The notes beneath the pieces were generated by a model. It worked only from the letters and a program-made list of their open reading frames with translations, had not been told where the DNA came from and ran no database searches. The translations under genes and the position numbers were made by a program. From Deltaproteobacteria bacterium UBA4427 (GTDB lineage Bacteria; Myxococcota_A; UBA9160; UBA4427): a stretch of 64,000 nt of DNA. The stretch spans positions 3,165-67,164 of the forward strand of contig DGPZ01000003.1 of NCBI GenBank assembly GCA_002390675.1. Direction: 5' to 3'. This document shows positions 1-10,341 of this stretch, one piece after another; position 1 is the first letter of the stretch, and each line of letters starts with the position of its first letter.

Positions 1-314
1 AAGACTTCCTCCCCTCGAAACTTAACACTGCCCGAAGTCGGACGATCGAGGGTGCCGAGGATATGCAGCAACGTAGATTTCCCGACCCCTGATTGTCCAA
101 CGATCGCAATCCGGTCGCCTTCCATAACATCGAGGTCCAGCCCCTTAAGGACGTCAACCTGCTCACCGCCGGTCTCAAAGGATCGTGCGAGGCCACGGAT
201 TTCGACGAGCTTCGAGCTCGCTCCGTTTTGATTCGACAAAGATCCATCCACTCCCAGCGCCGATTTCGCCCCTATGCCCTGTTCACTGTTCTCGGCATTG
301 GTGTCGTTACTCAT
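1..314 (-). CDS. lolD: LolD-like lipoprotein-releasing ABC transporter ATP-binding protein (N-terminal part only; the gene runs off the window edge)
   Basis: Not in the ORF track because no stop lies in the window. The reverse complement from ATG 314..312 reads [13 protein letters not shown]...[59 protein letters not shown], which includes the Walker A motif GQSGVGKST. The ATG overlaps the TAA (307..309) of the upstream permease gene. Confidence 0.8.
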   Translation of the reverse strand, partial: MSNDTNAENSEQGIGAKSALGVDGSLSNQNGASSKLVEIRGLARSFETGGEQVDVLKGLDLDVMEGDRIAIVGQSGVGKSTLLHILGTLDRPTSGSVKFRGEEV

Positions 315-2292
315 GTCGGAGCCCCGCCGCTGGGTCGATCTTTGCGCCTTGCCGACTAGGCAAGAGCGTCGCCCCAAGAGATAGAACCATCGCGATCCCT
401 GCGACTCCCGCGACCTGCACCGGATCCACTCGGGATGGCAATTCACTGAATTGGTAGACGCTGGCCGGCAGCGTATCGATGCCGGTAACCGTCTCGATGA
501 TGTCTTGGATCCACGAGAGCTGACCAGTCACCGCGATTCCGGCCGCCACGCCTAACGCGGTCCCGGCGAGTCCAATCAAAGTCCCTTCGAGCGCGAAGAT
601 TCGTTCGATCATCGCATCCTCCGCGCCCATCGCTTTCAGAATCGCGATATCGCTCGACTTCTCCATAATCATCATCACGAGCGTCGCCACGATCACGAAA
701 GCCGCGACGACCATGATCATTGTCAGGAGCAAAAACATCATTACGCGCTCGGTCTTGAGCGCTTGGAAGAAGGCCGGGAACACTTCCTTCCAGTCCCGGC
801 TGTAATACGGATATTGAAGAGCTTCCTGCACCTGCCTTCCAACGATCTGAGAGCGGTAATGATCCGTCGTCCGCGCCTCGATGCCGTCAACAACATTCCC
901 GGTTTTCCTGAAGTCTCGCGCGGCCTCAAGGGTCGTGTATGTGAAGGCTTCATCGTATTGGTAGAAGCTCGACTCGAAGACCCCGACGACTTCGAACTTC
1001 TTAAGCCGTGGTCCCGGACCAAGCGGCGTGGGGGGCCCTCCAAAGGGAGAAATCAAGAGCATCGTATCGCCCACCGCGAGCCCCATCGACATCGCGAGAT
1101 GGCCGCCGATGATGATTCCCGGAACCTTCGAGTCTGGGCCAACTGATGCAAACCGCGCGGGCAAGTCGGGGGTGTCCTCGTGGCTAAGAGTACGCAGATC
1201 ATTCTCGAGATCCGTCACCCTTCCCACGCGTGACGGATCGACGCCGCGAAGCCGTACGCTCGCGATTTGGCCTTGGCTTCCGCGAACCATGCCTTCCGCA
1301 TCGATATAAGGGCTAGCTGCCTCGACGCCGTCGATCGACGTCACGATATCGAGCACCTCCTGGTGATCGACGAAGGGGCCGAAGCTGCTGTGCACAGTGA
1401 AGTGAGCGCGATTGCCGAGGATTTCTTCACGCCAAGTCTGCTCGAAGCCGTTCATCACGGAGAGCACGACGATAATCAACCAGACTCCGGCCGCGATGCC
1501 GCCTACGCAGATGGCTGTAATGGCTGAGATGAATACTTGTCGTCGCTGTGCGAGCAAATATCGGATCGCTATGAACCACTCAACTGAACGACGCATGGCC
1601 ACGAAGCCAGCGATTGAGAGAGGAATAAACCCAAGCAGAATCGTTCCCGAGAGCAGACTGACCAACATCGCCGCGCCAGCCGCAGCCGCCGACTGCACCC
1701 CAACCACAGGAATCACTCCGACAAGCACCCCAGGCAATAGGCCGAGTGCCGCCACAAAAAGCAGTGTTTCAGCGGTCGATGCCTCGCCGGTCCCTCGAAT
1801 AGCGCGCAGACCACGCAAGATCAGAGCAAGCACGAGCGCCACACCGAAGGTGGCCGCTGGGAGCGATCCTGGACCCGTGGATGCAAGTGTTAGGCTGACG
1901 GCCAATGCCGCCGCCCCGGTGGCGAGTCGACTTGTAGTTCCTTGCGAAAGGAAAAGGGTCATCGACTTCGCAATAGCGATAAAGAAAAAAGCAGACCCCG
2001 CTGACAGCAGGAGATGTCGCGCGAAGGACTCGCGCCACTCAACCCATTCGTAGACGGCATCAGCAGGGAAGTTCGCCAAAGTCGCCATCAGGGCGGCACC
2101 TAACGCCACTACTATACCGGCCAGGAATGTTCCTAAGAAACCGCGAGCCACCCGTGCAAACCGGTCAAGCACCAGCAGCGCCGATCCCAGATAGACTAAT
2201 GTCATCGCCACAATACCTGCGGCGAGAGAAATAATGAAAGCGACGGCCAAGCTGCCACCAACAGCATCGAGGCTACTGATCAGCGCATCCAT
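307..2292 (-). CDS. lolE: LolC/LolE-family (FtsX/MacB-type) lipoprotein-releasing permease with a ~245-aa polytopic N-terminal extension
   Basis: This is a 661-aa ORF. From about residue 247 ([54 protein letters not shown]...) it has the typical LolC/E layout: TM1, a periplasmic domain and a C-terminal FtsX 3-TM bundle. Residues 1-245 are Ala/Leu/Gly-rich hydrophobic segments. The ATG at 2292 lies 9 nt after the prfB stop, and the downstream gene is lolD. Confidence 0.8.
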   Translation of the reverse strand: MDALISSLDAVGGSLAVAFIISLAAGIVAMTLVYLGSALLVLDRFARVARGFLGTFLAGIVVALGAALMATLANFPADAVYEWVEWRESFARHLLLSAGSAFFFIAIAKSMTLFLSQGTTSRLATGAAALAVSLTLASTGPGSLPAATFGVALVLALILRGLRAIRGTGEASTAETLLFVAALGLLPGVLVGVIPVVGVQSAAAAGAAMLVSLLSGTILLGFIPLSIAGFVAMRRSVEWFIAIRYLLAQRRQVFISAITAICVGGIAAGVWLIIVVLSVMNGFEQTWREEILGNRAHFTVHSSFGPFVDHQEVLDIVTSIDGVEAASPYIDAEGMVRGSQGQIASVRLRGVDPSRVGRVTDLENDLRTLSHEDTPDLPARFASVGPDSKVPGIIIGGHLAMSMGLAVGDTMLLISPFGGPPTPLGPGPRLKKFEVVGVFESSFYQYDEAFTYTTLEAARDFRKTGNVVDGIEARTTDHYRSQIVGRQVQEALQYPYYSRDWKEVFPAFFQALKTERVMMFLLLTMIMVVAAFVIVATLVMMIMEKSSDIAILKAMGAEDAMIERIFALEGTLIGLAGTALGVAAGIAVTGQLSWIQDIIETVTGIDTLPASVYQFSELPSRVDPVQVAGVAGIAMVLSLGATLLPSRQGAKIDPAAGLRHE

Positions 2293-2301
2293 AAAAGGCG
2301 C

Positions 2302-3466
2302 CTACCCCTTCCCTTCAGACTCTTCGCCACGGGGACGAATTTGCGCCCCCTGCGAGAGCAAGGTCGATCGAATGAACGCGTCTAGATCTCCGTCTAGCAC
2401 GCCTTCGACGTTTCCGATTTCGAGATCCGTTCGATGATCTTTAGCGCGCTGCTGGGGGTGAAGCGTGTACGACCGTATCTGTGAACCGAATCCGATCTCG
2501 CGACGCTCCCCTGTCAGCTCCTCCATCTTGGCTTGCTTGCGTTGCCGCTCAAGTTCAAAGAGCTTCGCTCGCATAATTTTCATTGCTGTCGCACGGTTCT
2601 TATGCTGCGAACGCTCATTTTGGCACTGCGTCACGACGCCGCTAGGTATATGGGTCAGGCGCACTGCGGAGTCCGTCTTATTGACATGCTGGCCGCCTGC
2701 ACCACTCGCGCGATAGGTATCGACGCGGAGATCCGATTCGTCGATTTCAACTTCAATTGAATCATCGATCTCGGGCACCGCGGTCACACTCGCGAAGGCC
2801 GTGTGCCGTCGGGCATTAGAATCGAAAGGCGAAATACGCACGAGACGATGTACGCCCTGCTCTGTATTTAAGTAGCCGTAGGCGTAGTCGCCCTGGATTC
2901 GCAGGGTCACTCCGCGAATCCCTGCCTCTTCCGCGCCCTGGATGTCTAAAATCTCGGTTTTGAACTCCCGTCGCTCCGCCCAGCGCAGATACATCCGAAG
3001 AAGCATCTCTGCCCAGTCGCAAGCATCAGTCCCTCCGGCGCCGGAATTGATCGAGAGAATCGCACCGTTGCTATCGTATTCTCCGCCCAACAATTGCTGA
3101 AGCTCTGCGTCCTGAAGAAGTTGATCTATCTCAACACACTTCTCGAGGGCCTCTCGAAGGGTCTCGAGATCTTCCTCGTCGGAAGCCAGCTCACGCAGGA
3201 GCTCGGCGTCGTCGAGCCCGCCCTCGACACGATCGTGTAGGGCGAGTTCAGCTTCGACCGCAGTCTTATTTCGACCGACGGCTTGTGCAGCCTCGGGATC
3301 ATCCCAAAGATCGGGTCGAGCCATCTCGACGTCGAGTTCTTCGAGCTGGTGGCGCAGGCCCGCTACGTCAAAGACGCCCCCGGAACTCACCGAAACGACT
3401 TCGCAGTCCACGGATCCGTTCGGCCAGGTCGGTCACATCAAAACGCTCAGCGTTCTCCCCACTCAT
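2302..3466 (-). CDS. prfB: Peptide chain release factor 2, made by programmed +1 ribosomal frameshift: join(3466..3371, 3369..2302) on the minus strand
   Basis: The track ORF 2302..3411 carries the RF2 motifs SPF (RISPFDS) and GGQ (ASGAGGQHVN). The true N-terminus is MSGENAERFDVTDLAERIRGLRSRFGEFRGRL, starting at ATG 3466. It ends at an in-frame TGA (3370..3368) within CTT TGA C, and the +1 frame continues DVAGLRHQLEELD... Confidence 0.93.
3367..3381 (-). other. RF2 autoregulatory +1 frameshift site with an upstream internal Shine-Dalgarno-like element
   Basis: The minus strand reads GGGGG CGT CTT TGA C (3381..3367). The E. coli site is AGGGGG TAT CTT TGA C, so the slippery CTT, the TGA followed by C, and the 3-nt spacer after the G-run are all the same. 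Confidence 0.9.
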
Positions 3467-3557
3467 CCTTCATGATCCTCGTTTTAGTCAGTCGACCTCG
3501 GACTCAAGAGTCCGTCAGCCGGTTTAGTTAAAGATCTACTGGGCGATCCCGCAGCTC

Positions 3558-5279
3558 TCAAGCCCCATCAGGCCGAGACCGTCGGGCACGAGCCTGCATA
3601 ATCAGCTCAGCCACACATCCAAAAGCGCAACACAATACAAAGAGGTCCCCGAATCGGGCATAGAACGTGGAGGCTGGGTTCCGATCTCCTACAAGAGGCA
3701 TCTCGATCGTCCCCACGACATAGGCTTCCTCAAAAAGCGGGCTCCGATCCTGAACCCGACCCCGTGCATCGATCAAGGCCGAAACGCCGGTATTCGCAGC
3801 ACGAACGACGGGAATTCCATTCTCCGCCGCGCGCATTGCCGTCATCGCCAAGAATTGGTGGGGGGCTCCGGTTCGACCGTACCAGGCATCGTTAGTGATC
3901 GCGAGCAGTGCTCCCGCTCCTTCACGTCCGAAACGACGTACCAGATCAGGAAAGAGCAGCTCGTAGCAAATAGGGACGCCGACTAGGGCCCGTTTCTCGC
4001 TGCCCGACTCCTCGATTCCCGTTCCGGGCAGAATCACGGAGAAGTTTCGAGGCCGATCTCCGGGCGTCACGTCGCTCGAAGACAGTCCCGTCGCAAGGGA
4101 CTGAAAAAATTGCCCCAATAATCCGCGCAGTGGCACGAACTCGCCGAAGGGTACGAGGTGTGTTTTGTCGTAGCGGTCCTCGAGTGCGCCGTCGGGGCCC
4201 AACAAGAACGCGCTATCGAAAAATGCCGAGAAGCGCCTTTGCTCATAGTCAATCTCGACGCCCATGCCGCCCACAATTAGGCTGACCTCGTGGCGCGTCG
4301 CCAGGTCGGCCAGCCGACCGCGCAGGATCGAATCATTCTCGAGAACCCCAGGCACCGCCGTCTCGGGCCAGACGATCCAGTCCACACCCTCTTCCGCCGC
4401 ATGCTCACTCAGGGAAAGGTAAGTCTCGAGGATCCGGGTGCTGCGATCAGCTTCCCATTTCTCCCCCTGATCAATATTGCCTTGGATCGCGGCAACCTTG
4501 ACTGAGCGGGTTTGTGCGTCGGGTATGGCCAGCGCGAACCCGACTCCATGGAGCGCCAATACGACGGCGATCGCAACAACAAAATTGCGCGGCGCATTCT
4601 CAAAGTCCGCCTTTGCCGCACCGGCGTCCCCCTGCGACCCGCCCCTCCCGGCGAGGAAAACTTGGCCTAGCAAAATCCCGACTAACGCCGCCACGAAGGA
4701 AAGAACATATACGCCAGCAATACGAGTGAGACCTAATAAAGGCCAATCGAGATAAAGCCCATACCCCAAGGTTGCCCAGGGAAAGCCGCCCATGACATGA
4801 CCGCGGGCCCAATCCAGCAAGACCCATAGCGCGGCGCCGAAAAGTGCCCCACGGAGCCCGCGGCCGCCGAAGCGCGTCCACCCCCACGCGAAGAGCGCAC
4901 TAAAAGGCGCGACGTAGAGCGCTGGCACGAGGGGAGCAAGCAAGCCTAAGAACAGAGGCATCCCGGCGTAGACCACCGTCACCACCAAAAACCAATAAAA
5001 AAACGCGACGTGCGTCAGAAAGCTGCCTACGAATGCCGCTTTCGCAGCGCGGCGCGGCGCTAGGCCGTCCACCGCAACGACCAGACTGGCCGGCACCACC
5101 CATGTCAGCAGCAGCCCGAGATCGATCACGGAGGGCAGTCCCAGTCCGTGCGCGAAAGGGATCTCGTGAGGGAACGCGAAGAAGGTCGCTAGGCCGAAGG
5201 CGATCCAAGGACCCCACCGAATCGGTCGAGAGAAGGAATTCGCCTGCTTTGAATGATCTGCGCCCTCACCTGCTGTCAC
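3558..5279 (-). CDS. lnt: Apolipoprotein N-acyltransferase
   Basis: It has a polytopic N-terminus and a C-terminal CN-hydrolase domain (VKVAAIQGNIDQGEKW; catalytic Cys context GVPICYELLFPD). The GTG start overlaps the ybeY stop (GTGA). The gene order ybeZ-ybeY-lnt matches E. coli. Confidence 0.9.
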   Translation of the reverse strand: MTAGEGADHSKQANSFSRPIRWGPWIAFGLATFFAFPHEIPFAHGLGLPSVIDLGLLLTWVVPASLVVAVDGLAPRRAAKAAFVGSFLTHVAFFYWFLVVTVVYAGMPLFLGLLAPLVPALYVAPFSALFAWGWTRFGGRGLRGALFGAALWVLLDWARGHVMGGFPWATLGYGLYLDWPLLGLTRIAGVYVLSFVAALVGILLGQVFLAGRGGSQGDAGAAKADFENAPRNFVVAIAVVLALHGVGFALAIPDAQTRSVKVAAIQGNIDQGEKWEADRSTRILETYLSLSEHAAEEGVDWIVWPETAVPGVLENDSILRGRLADLATRHEVSLIVGGMGVEIDYEQRRFSAFFDSAFLLGPDGALEDRYDKTHLVPFGEFVPLRGLLGQFFQSLATGLSSSDVTPGDRPRNFSVILPGTGIEESGSEKRALVGVPICYELLFPDLVRRFGREGAGALLAITNDAWYGRTGAPHQFLAMTAMRAAENGIPVVRAANTGVSALIDARGRVQDRSPLFEEAYVVGTIEMPLVGDRNPASTFYARFGDLFVLCCAFGCVAELIMQARARRSRPDGA

Positions 5280-5719
5280 GATGCAATCTCCCGCTTCACG
5301 CGGCGCTCTTCTGCGGCCATGACCTTCGCTTCATCGTCCTTCTCATGATCGTGACCGATCAGATGCAAGACGCCATGAACCAGTAGGTGGCAAATTGTTT
5401 CATCAAGGCTCCGATGGCGATCATGGGCCTGCTCAGCAGCAGTTTCGACCGAGATCACAACGTCTCCCAACATCCCGCCACGATGATCTGCGAAGTCGCC
5501 TTCCATCAAAGAAAAGGACAGGACATCCGTCGCTCGCGGCTTGTCCCGCCATTGCGCATTCAACTCGGCGATCGATTCATCATCAACGAGAGCGATCGAC
5601 AGTTCCGACCGGCTCCGGCCGATGGCAGCTAGGATCCCGCGGGCCCTCTTCCGCAGGCGCGTCACGTCGACCCTCGATCCCCGGAGCCCTTCGGGCGGAC
5701 CGGAAATCATCACGCTCAT
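5276..5719 (-). CDS. ybeY: Endoribonuclease YbeY (rRNA maturation factor)
   Basis: The zinc motif HGVLHLIGHDHE lies near the C-terminus of a 147-aa protein. There are ATGA/GTGA overlaps with both neighbouring genes. Confidence 0.92.
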   Translation of the reverse strand: MSVMISGPPEGLRGSRVDVTRLRKRARGILAAIGRSRSELSIALVDDESIAELNAQWRDKPRATDVLSFSLMEGDFADHRGGMLGDVVISVETAAEQAHDRHRSLDETICHLLVHGVLHLIGHDHEKDDEAKVMAAEERRVKREIAS

Positions 5720-6930
5720 CCGCGACCCTCGTCTTTCTCGCTCCGCGCGCGGTCATAGGCCTGAATAATCGATTGAACCAGCGGATGCCGTACCACGTCT
5801 CTCGCTTCGAAATACTGGAACCCAATGCCGCGAACACCAGTAAGCACCTTCCGCGCTTCCACCAATCCGCTCAAGGTGCCCTTGGGCAAATCGACTTGAG
5901 TCACGTCACCAGTGATAACAGCCTGCGAGTTTTCACCTAAACGAGTCAGGAACATCTTCATCTGCTCGCCGGTCGTGTTCTGAGCCTCGTCGAGAATAAC
6001 GAAGGAGTCGTTCAGCGTCCGACCGCGCATAAAGGCAAGCGGCGCGACTTCGATCGTCCCGCGCTCGATTAGCCGCTGCGCTTTTTCCATGTCCATCATG
6101 TCCCGCAAAGCGTCATAGAGAGGACGCATGTAGGGATCGACCTTGTCGGACAGATCTCCCGGAAGGAAGCCTAGGCGCTCGCCTGCCTCGACCGCGGGTC
6201 GCGTGAGGATAATGCGAGAGACCTCTTTTTGATGGAGTGCCGCGACAGCCATTGCCATCGCAAGGTAGGTCTTGCCAGTCCCCGCCGGCCCAATCGCGAT
6301 CGCAACGTCATGCTTGCGAATTGTGTCGACGTAACGCCGCTGCTTGAGGTTCTTTGCACGAATTACTTTGCGCGAACCGCGCGTAAGAATATTTTCGTAG
6401 ACGTCGCTCAACTGAACGTCCGGCTGGCTCGACACCATCCGAATCACGTGGCGAACATCCGCATTGCGAACACTCTGGCCTCGCTCAATCGAGGCGTAAA
6501 GTTCTTCGAGTACCCGGCGCGTCAAGGCGACCCGGTCGGCCGCGCCTTCGAGTTCGAGCTCGTTGCCCCGAGCATTCACGGCAACACCGATGGACCGCTC
6601 CAGCAGCCTTAAGGTCTGTTCTCCATCGCCGTAGAGTGCGACTGCCGTCGCGTTGTCAGCAAAGGCGAGCGACTCGCGCACCTCACCGCTTGAAAAAACA
6701 CCCTCGTCCGAGGCAGGACCTACCGGCGGATCGGATTCAGTCGTCGACTCAGATGCCGACACAGCGGGAGTTATGGTCTCAGACGCAGATGCGCCGTCCG
6801 ATTCAGCGTTCGCTTCGGGATCAATAGGTTCGCGAGCCAGAGAGGGAGCTCCTTGCGCTCTTCCCTGGGCCCGGAGAGCAGTGAAACCACAATGGTATTC
6901 ACGAGACCCCCGAAATCCGTTCGAACGCAT
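5716..6930 (-). CDS. ybeZ: PhoH-like ATPase (YbeZ type) with a ~75-aa Ser/Glu/Ala-rich N-terminal extension
   Basis: It has a Walker A motif ([16 protein letters not shown]) and a Walker B motif (FVILDEAQN), and sits directly upstream of ybeY. The start is uncertain because the N-terminal ~75 aa is low complexity. Confidence 0.85.
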   Translation of the reverse strand: MRSNGFRGSREYHCGFTALRAQGRAQGAPSLAREPIDPEANAESDGASASETITPAVSASESTTESDPPVGPASDEGVFSSGEVRESLAFADNATAVALYGDGEQTLRLLERSIGVAVNARGNELELEGAADRVALTRRVLEELYASIERGQSVRNADVRHVIRMVSSQPDVQLSDVYENILTRGSRKVIRAKNLKQRRYVDTIRKHDVAIAIGPAGTGKTYLAMAMAVAALHQKEVSRIILTRPAVEAGERLGFLPGDLSDKVDPYMRPLYDALRDMMDMEKAQRLIERGTIEVAPLAFMRGRTLNDSFVILDEAQNTTGEQMKMFLTRLGENSQAVITGDVTQVDLPKGTLSGLVEARKVLTGVRGIGFQYFEARDVVRHPLVQSIIQAYDRARSEKDEGRG

Positions 6931-6982
6931 TCGATCAATTGATCGAATATTCGAATGGAGCTAGCTCGGTTGGAGCGCCGAT

Positions 6983-8098
6983 TTAGTCTAGGGGCGCAAG
7001 CAGGACGACTTCCTCGTCCCGGACCTTGTAATAGTAGTCACCGAGCCTCTCCGACGTCAACGAAGCAAGACTCGTAGAGAGCGATTCGAGACGAGCCGGG
7101 TAGGCCCCCGTCTTGAAGTAGTACACTTCAAGCTGATCACGGATCCGGCCGACTTCGTAGCGACTCCCGAAATGCTCGATAGAGCGCATCGGCAAGGCTG
7201 CGCCGGGCAAGCCCCCCCTCGCATCGGCGGTCGGTAGAAGCTTCCAGGCGAGACCGCCCAGAAGCGCAAAAGGGATCGCCGTCACAATCGCGGCCCGAAG
7301 CAGAGAGAGAATCGGCATTCGCCTCCCTTTCCGCTTGGCCTTTTTAGGCTTTTTTGCGCCGCTCGCAGCAACGTCGATGACGCCTGTCTGGCAGAGCTCA
7401 GCCAGCGCACGCGTCGCTTCGAAGGTGCCTACACGTGAGAGGTCGATGATCCGGCGCACCGAGAGCCGACCGTCTACCAGTTGAAGAACACGCTCCGTGT
7501 GACCGAGGCGCGCATCCGCGTCGCCCTTCGTGACCGCGCGGGCCGTCTCTAAATTCCCAACGCGGCGAAAAACAGTGTCCTCTTGCGGCACAATGGCCGA
7601 GAAGGTCTGCCATTCGTCGAGCATTCGCAGCCCATCCATCAGAATCTGCTCGGCTCCGAGAAGTTGCTCGGGCTTGGTGTCGTGCGTAATCGCTTCCGCG
7701 ATAAAGTTGAAGTCACCGCATCGCCGACGCATAACATCAAAGACTGTCTCACGGGTCAGCAAATACTGAACTTCTCCGAGAGTCGTTTCCTCGATTAACC
7801 CCGCGGACAACATTAGGTCGCCGATCGGTCGCGCCGAACGCTCACTCTCCGCGTGAAGGTCGTCGAGTTGATCACGCGTCAAATAGCCTGACCGAACGAG
7901 CTGCGGGCCTAACGGCTCACGATCAGCCCGCGAGTTCTCCGGACCACCGCGAACTACTCGCCCCTCGTCGAACGCCAGAAAGATTGAACCACCTTCGCCT
8001 TCGACGACAAGAGTCCCAGTCTTTCGTTGTTGCCCAACCAGCTGAAAGACTTCAGCAATACCGAAGTCCTCAAGATTGCCACGTAGTGCGACGGACAT
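6983..8098 (-). CDS. DUF4388-type domain protein with one TM helix and a pseudopilin(GspG)-like C-terminal domain
   Basis: The N-terminus MSVALRGNLEDFGIAEVFQLVGQQRKTGTLVVEGEGGSIFLAFDEGRVV fits the DUF4388 pattern. A KKPKKAKRKGRR stretch precedes the TM helix ILSLLRAAIVTAIPFALLGGLAW. The C-terminus (IRDQLEVYYFKTGAYPARLESL...YYYKVRDEEVVLLAPL) resembles a T2SS-G domain. An AAGGAG Shine-Dalgarno sequence precedes ATG 8098. Confidence 0.7.
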   Translation of the reverse strand: MSVALRGNLEDFGIAEVFQLVGQQRKTGTLVVEGEGGSIFLAFDEGRVVRGGPENSRADREPLGPQLVRSGYLTRDQLDDLHAESERSARPIGDLMLSAGLIEETTLGEVQYLLTRETVFDVMRRRCGDFNFIAEAITHDTKPEQLLGAEQILMDGLRMLDEWQTFSAIVPQEDTVFRRVGNLETARAVTKGDADARLGHTERVLQLVDGRLSVRRIIDLSRVGTFEATRALAELCQTGVIDVAASGAKKPKKAKRKGRRMPILSLLRAAIVTAIPFALLGGLAWKLLPTADARGGLPGAALPMRSIEHFGSRYEVGRIRDQLEVYYFKTGAYPARLESLSTSLASLTSERLGDYYYKVRDEEVVLLAPLD

Positions 8099-8126
8099 AC
8101 TGCCCTACTCCTTCTCTTTTCAGGGA

Positions 8127-10055
8127 CTAGCTGTTCTTCCGGACGATGAGGCTCAAAACAACGACAGAGACATATGCCATTACCGCGAGAGCTCCGGGAA
8201 TCGCAAAACAAAGAATCGCCGCGCTTCCCATGAGAAGCGGATCCTCGAAGATGCCGGTCGGCCAACTGAACCACGTGACGGCCCACGCGAATAACAAGAG
8301 ACCGAACATCGCCAGGTCAGGACGACGCGCCGAGAACCCCGCCATGCCAGGGATCATCAGGGACAACGTCAACCAAACGCGATCGAATCGGACCTCGCGC
8401 TCTGCGAGCGCTTGAATCCGAGCCATTCGCAACGAAGGATCCGTCGCCTCTGGGTACTGGAAGAGATGATGACAGTCCTCACAGATATCTTCGCTCCAAA
8501 CCGTCTTTTCACACCGCTCACAGATGCGATGTCCACATCGAGTGCAGAGGCTTGCGTGCGACCAGCTCTTCGATAAAAGAAGCGAGCAGAACACGATTAG
8601 TGCCAAGGCACCACCCGTGACGTACCACGCTGCTCCGAGCCGACCCGGAGCGAGAATCGCCACCGCACCGCGGTCCGCATCTTGGGATAGCGCCAACGAA
8701 ACGAGCCTGTCGCGAATCAAGTGCGACACGGGGAAACGAAGGTCCGCGACAAGCGAGGCGTCACCGAGACTCGAGAGCCCGGCGACGGCCTGATCATCTA
8801 TCTTCTGCGCCCTAATGAGGGTCGCTTCGTACTCTTGCATTCGAAATGCACTGGCGTAGGCCTGACTCAGGCTAAACAGCAAGGTCGCATCGCTTTCTTG
8901 AACCGCAGCCCGTTCGTAGTAGCCGATTGCCGCATCCGTGTTGCCACGGCGCTTCTCGATATTCCCAAGATTCGCCAGTGCCACCAGATCATTCGGTACC
9001 CGACTAATCACTTCTTCGAGATGCACGCGAGAAGACTCGACGAGGCCAAATCGACGGTCGCGATAAGCGAGGGCATGAATCGCCGCGAGGTCTTTCGGAG
9101 CGGCGGCTTCAAGGCGTTCAACGTCTGCCGCCGTTTCAGTTCCGTCTAGGACCTGCAGCACGCTGCTGGCCACCGGATCGGAATCGATAAATTTTGCTGC
9201 AACCGACGACAGCTGTGCAAGGGGATGGAGGCCTATCACAAGCAGGACTGCAGCCATTACGAGTGCCTTTCGCTGCCCCGCACCGCCGTAGATGAACGCG
9301 ACGGTGAACAAGGCTAGCGCGAGCCCGAAGAGACCCTCCCCTAAAACTAATGGAACAAGCAGCAACCCGCCTAGCAAAGCATATCGAGCAAAGGTCGGCA
9401 TATGGTTGCTCAAAAGATCACCGAGATCATGAGCCGCATGGCTGTACACATGAAGCGCGGCAAGCAAAATGAAGCCGAGCGGTGCGGCAAGCACGACGAT
9501 CAATAGAGCGAATGAAAGATTCTCGAGCAGCCATAGCTGAGCTGGAAGACTTCTGGCGACCGTCAGGCCAGCTCGGCCGACGGCCAATAGAGCGGCTCCG
9601 ACATCACCTGAGTTCCAAAGTGCTACGGCATGGTCGATCTGGAAAGCGGGAACTCCTGGAGCAACTTCTCGGGCGAGCTCCGAGTAGACCTCGGGCTCCT
9701 CCTCCGTTGCGGATGCCGCGATCAGGATCGCTGGCGCGGGCAAATCGCCTAATCCAAGTTCGAGGCGGGTTCGCCGAAGAGCCGCCGCACGCGCGAAGGC
9801 AGACGGCTTGGCCGCCTCCCAACTCGCACGCGACTGTTCCTCCGCTGCCTCCACGGGGCGCGCGGTGGCGGGGCTATCTTCCGAAAGCCATGGATCATCA
9901 AGCGGATCCCCAGCAAAGGGTGCGGAAGCGAGCGGCTGGCCCGCAGACTCCGCTAAGGAAACAGTCGGCATGTCCTGTGCCTGCGCCCCGACCGGAGTCA
10001 TAGCGAGCAGCAACAGGAGCCAGATCAAAGAGGCAAGTAATGTGCGCCGAGGCAA
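8127..10055 (-). CDS. Polytopic membrane protein with a signal peptide, TPR repeats and a Cys-rich zinc-ribbon/treble-clef motif (function unknown)
   Basis: The ORF is open to 10325, but I place the start at TTG 10055, which has GGGAGGG 8 nt upstream. This gives (M)PRRTLLASLIWLLLLLAMTPVGAQA. TPR-like stretches are present (ALANLGNIEKRRGNTDAAIGYYERA). The Cys-rich motif is CTRCGHRICERCEKTVWSEDICEDCHH and lies between TM segments. Confidence 0.6.
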   Translation of the reverse strand: MPRRTLLASLIWLLLLLAMTPVGAQAQDMPTVSLAESAGQPLASAPFAGDPLDDPWLSEDSPATARPVEAAEEQSRASWEAAKPSAFARAAALRRTRLELGLGDLPAPAILIAASATEEEPEVYSELAREVAPGVPAFQIDHAVALWNSGDVGAALLAVGRAGLTVARSLPAQLWLLENLSFALLIVVLAAPLGFILLAALHVYSHAAHDLGDLLSNHMPTFARYALLGGLLLVPLVLGEGLFGLALALFTVAFIYGGAGQRKALVMAAVLLVIGLHPLAQLSSVAAKFIDSDPVASSVLQVLDGTETAADVERLEAAAPKDLAAIHALAYRDRRFGLVESSRVHLEEVISRVPNDLVALANLGNIEKRRGNTDAAIGYYERAAVQESDATLLFSLSQAYASAFRMQEYEATLIRAQKIDDQAVAGLSSLGDASLVADLRFPVSHLIRDRLVSLALSQDADRGAVAILAPGRLGAAWYVTGGALALIVFCSLLLSKSWSHASLCTRCGHRICERCEKTVWSEDICEDCHHLFQYPEATDPSLRMARIQALAEREVRFDRVWLTLSLMIPGMAGFSARRPDLAMFGLLLFAWAVTWFSWPTGIFEDPLLMGSAAILCFAIPGALAVMAYVSVVVLSLIVRKNS

Positions 10056-10341
10056 CCGAAATGCCCTCCCTGCGGATGATTTCGATTTAAAACATCGGCG
10101 GATCGGGGAATCCTCTGAAGCGACGATCCGCCCCGATGCCTTCTCCTGATCGAGCCAGGAGTGCCTTCCGCTCGCGAAAGGCTCACCACGACGAGGAGAA
10201 GTAGGTAAAAATGACTCTCGCCTTGTTCCCGCGAGGGAACCCACTGCCGCGGAACCCTTTTCAAGTGTCCAGTCCGCCCCCTCTCGACGTCCGAGCCATC
10301 CCCGCCTATGATGCGGCGCCCACAATCAAGGAGAGGCCACA

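Noticed and set aside
10056-10325. A 90-codon N-terminal extension of the TPR/zinc-ribbon membrane protein ORF.
   Set aside because: It would leave only 16 nt between this gene and the divergent rpsT gene. The extension is Arg/Gly/Ser-rich. A TTG with a strong GGGAGGG Shine-Dalgarno sequence sits directly before the signal peptide.
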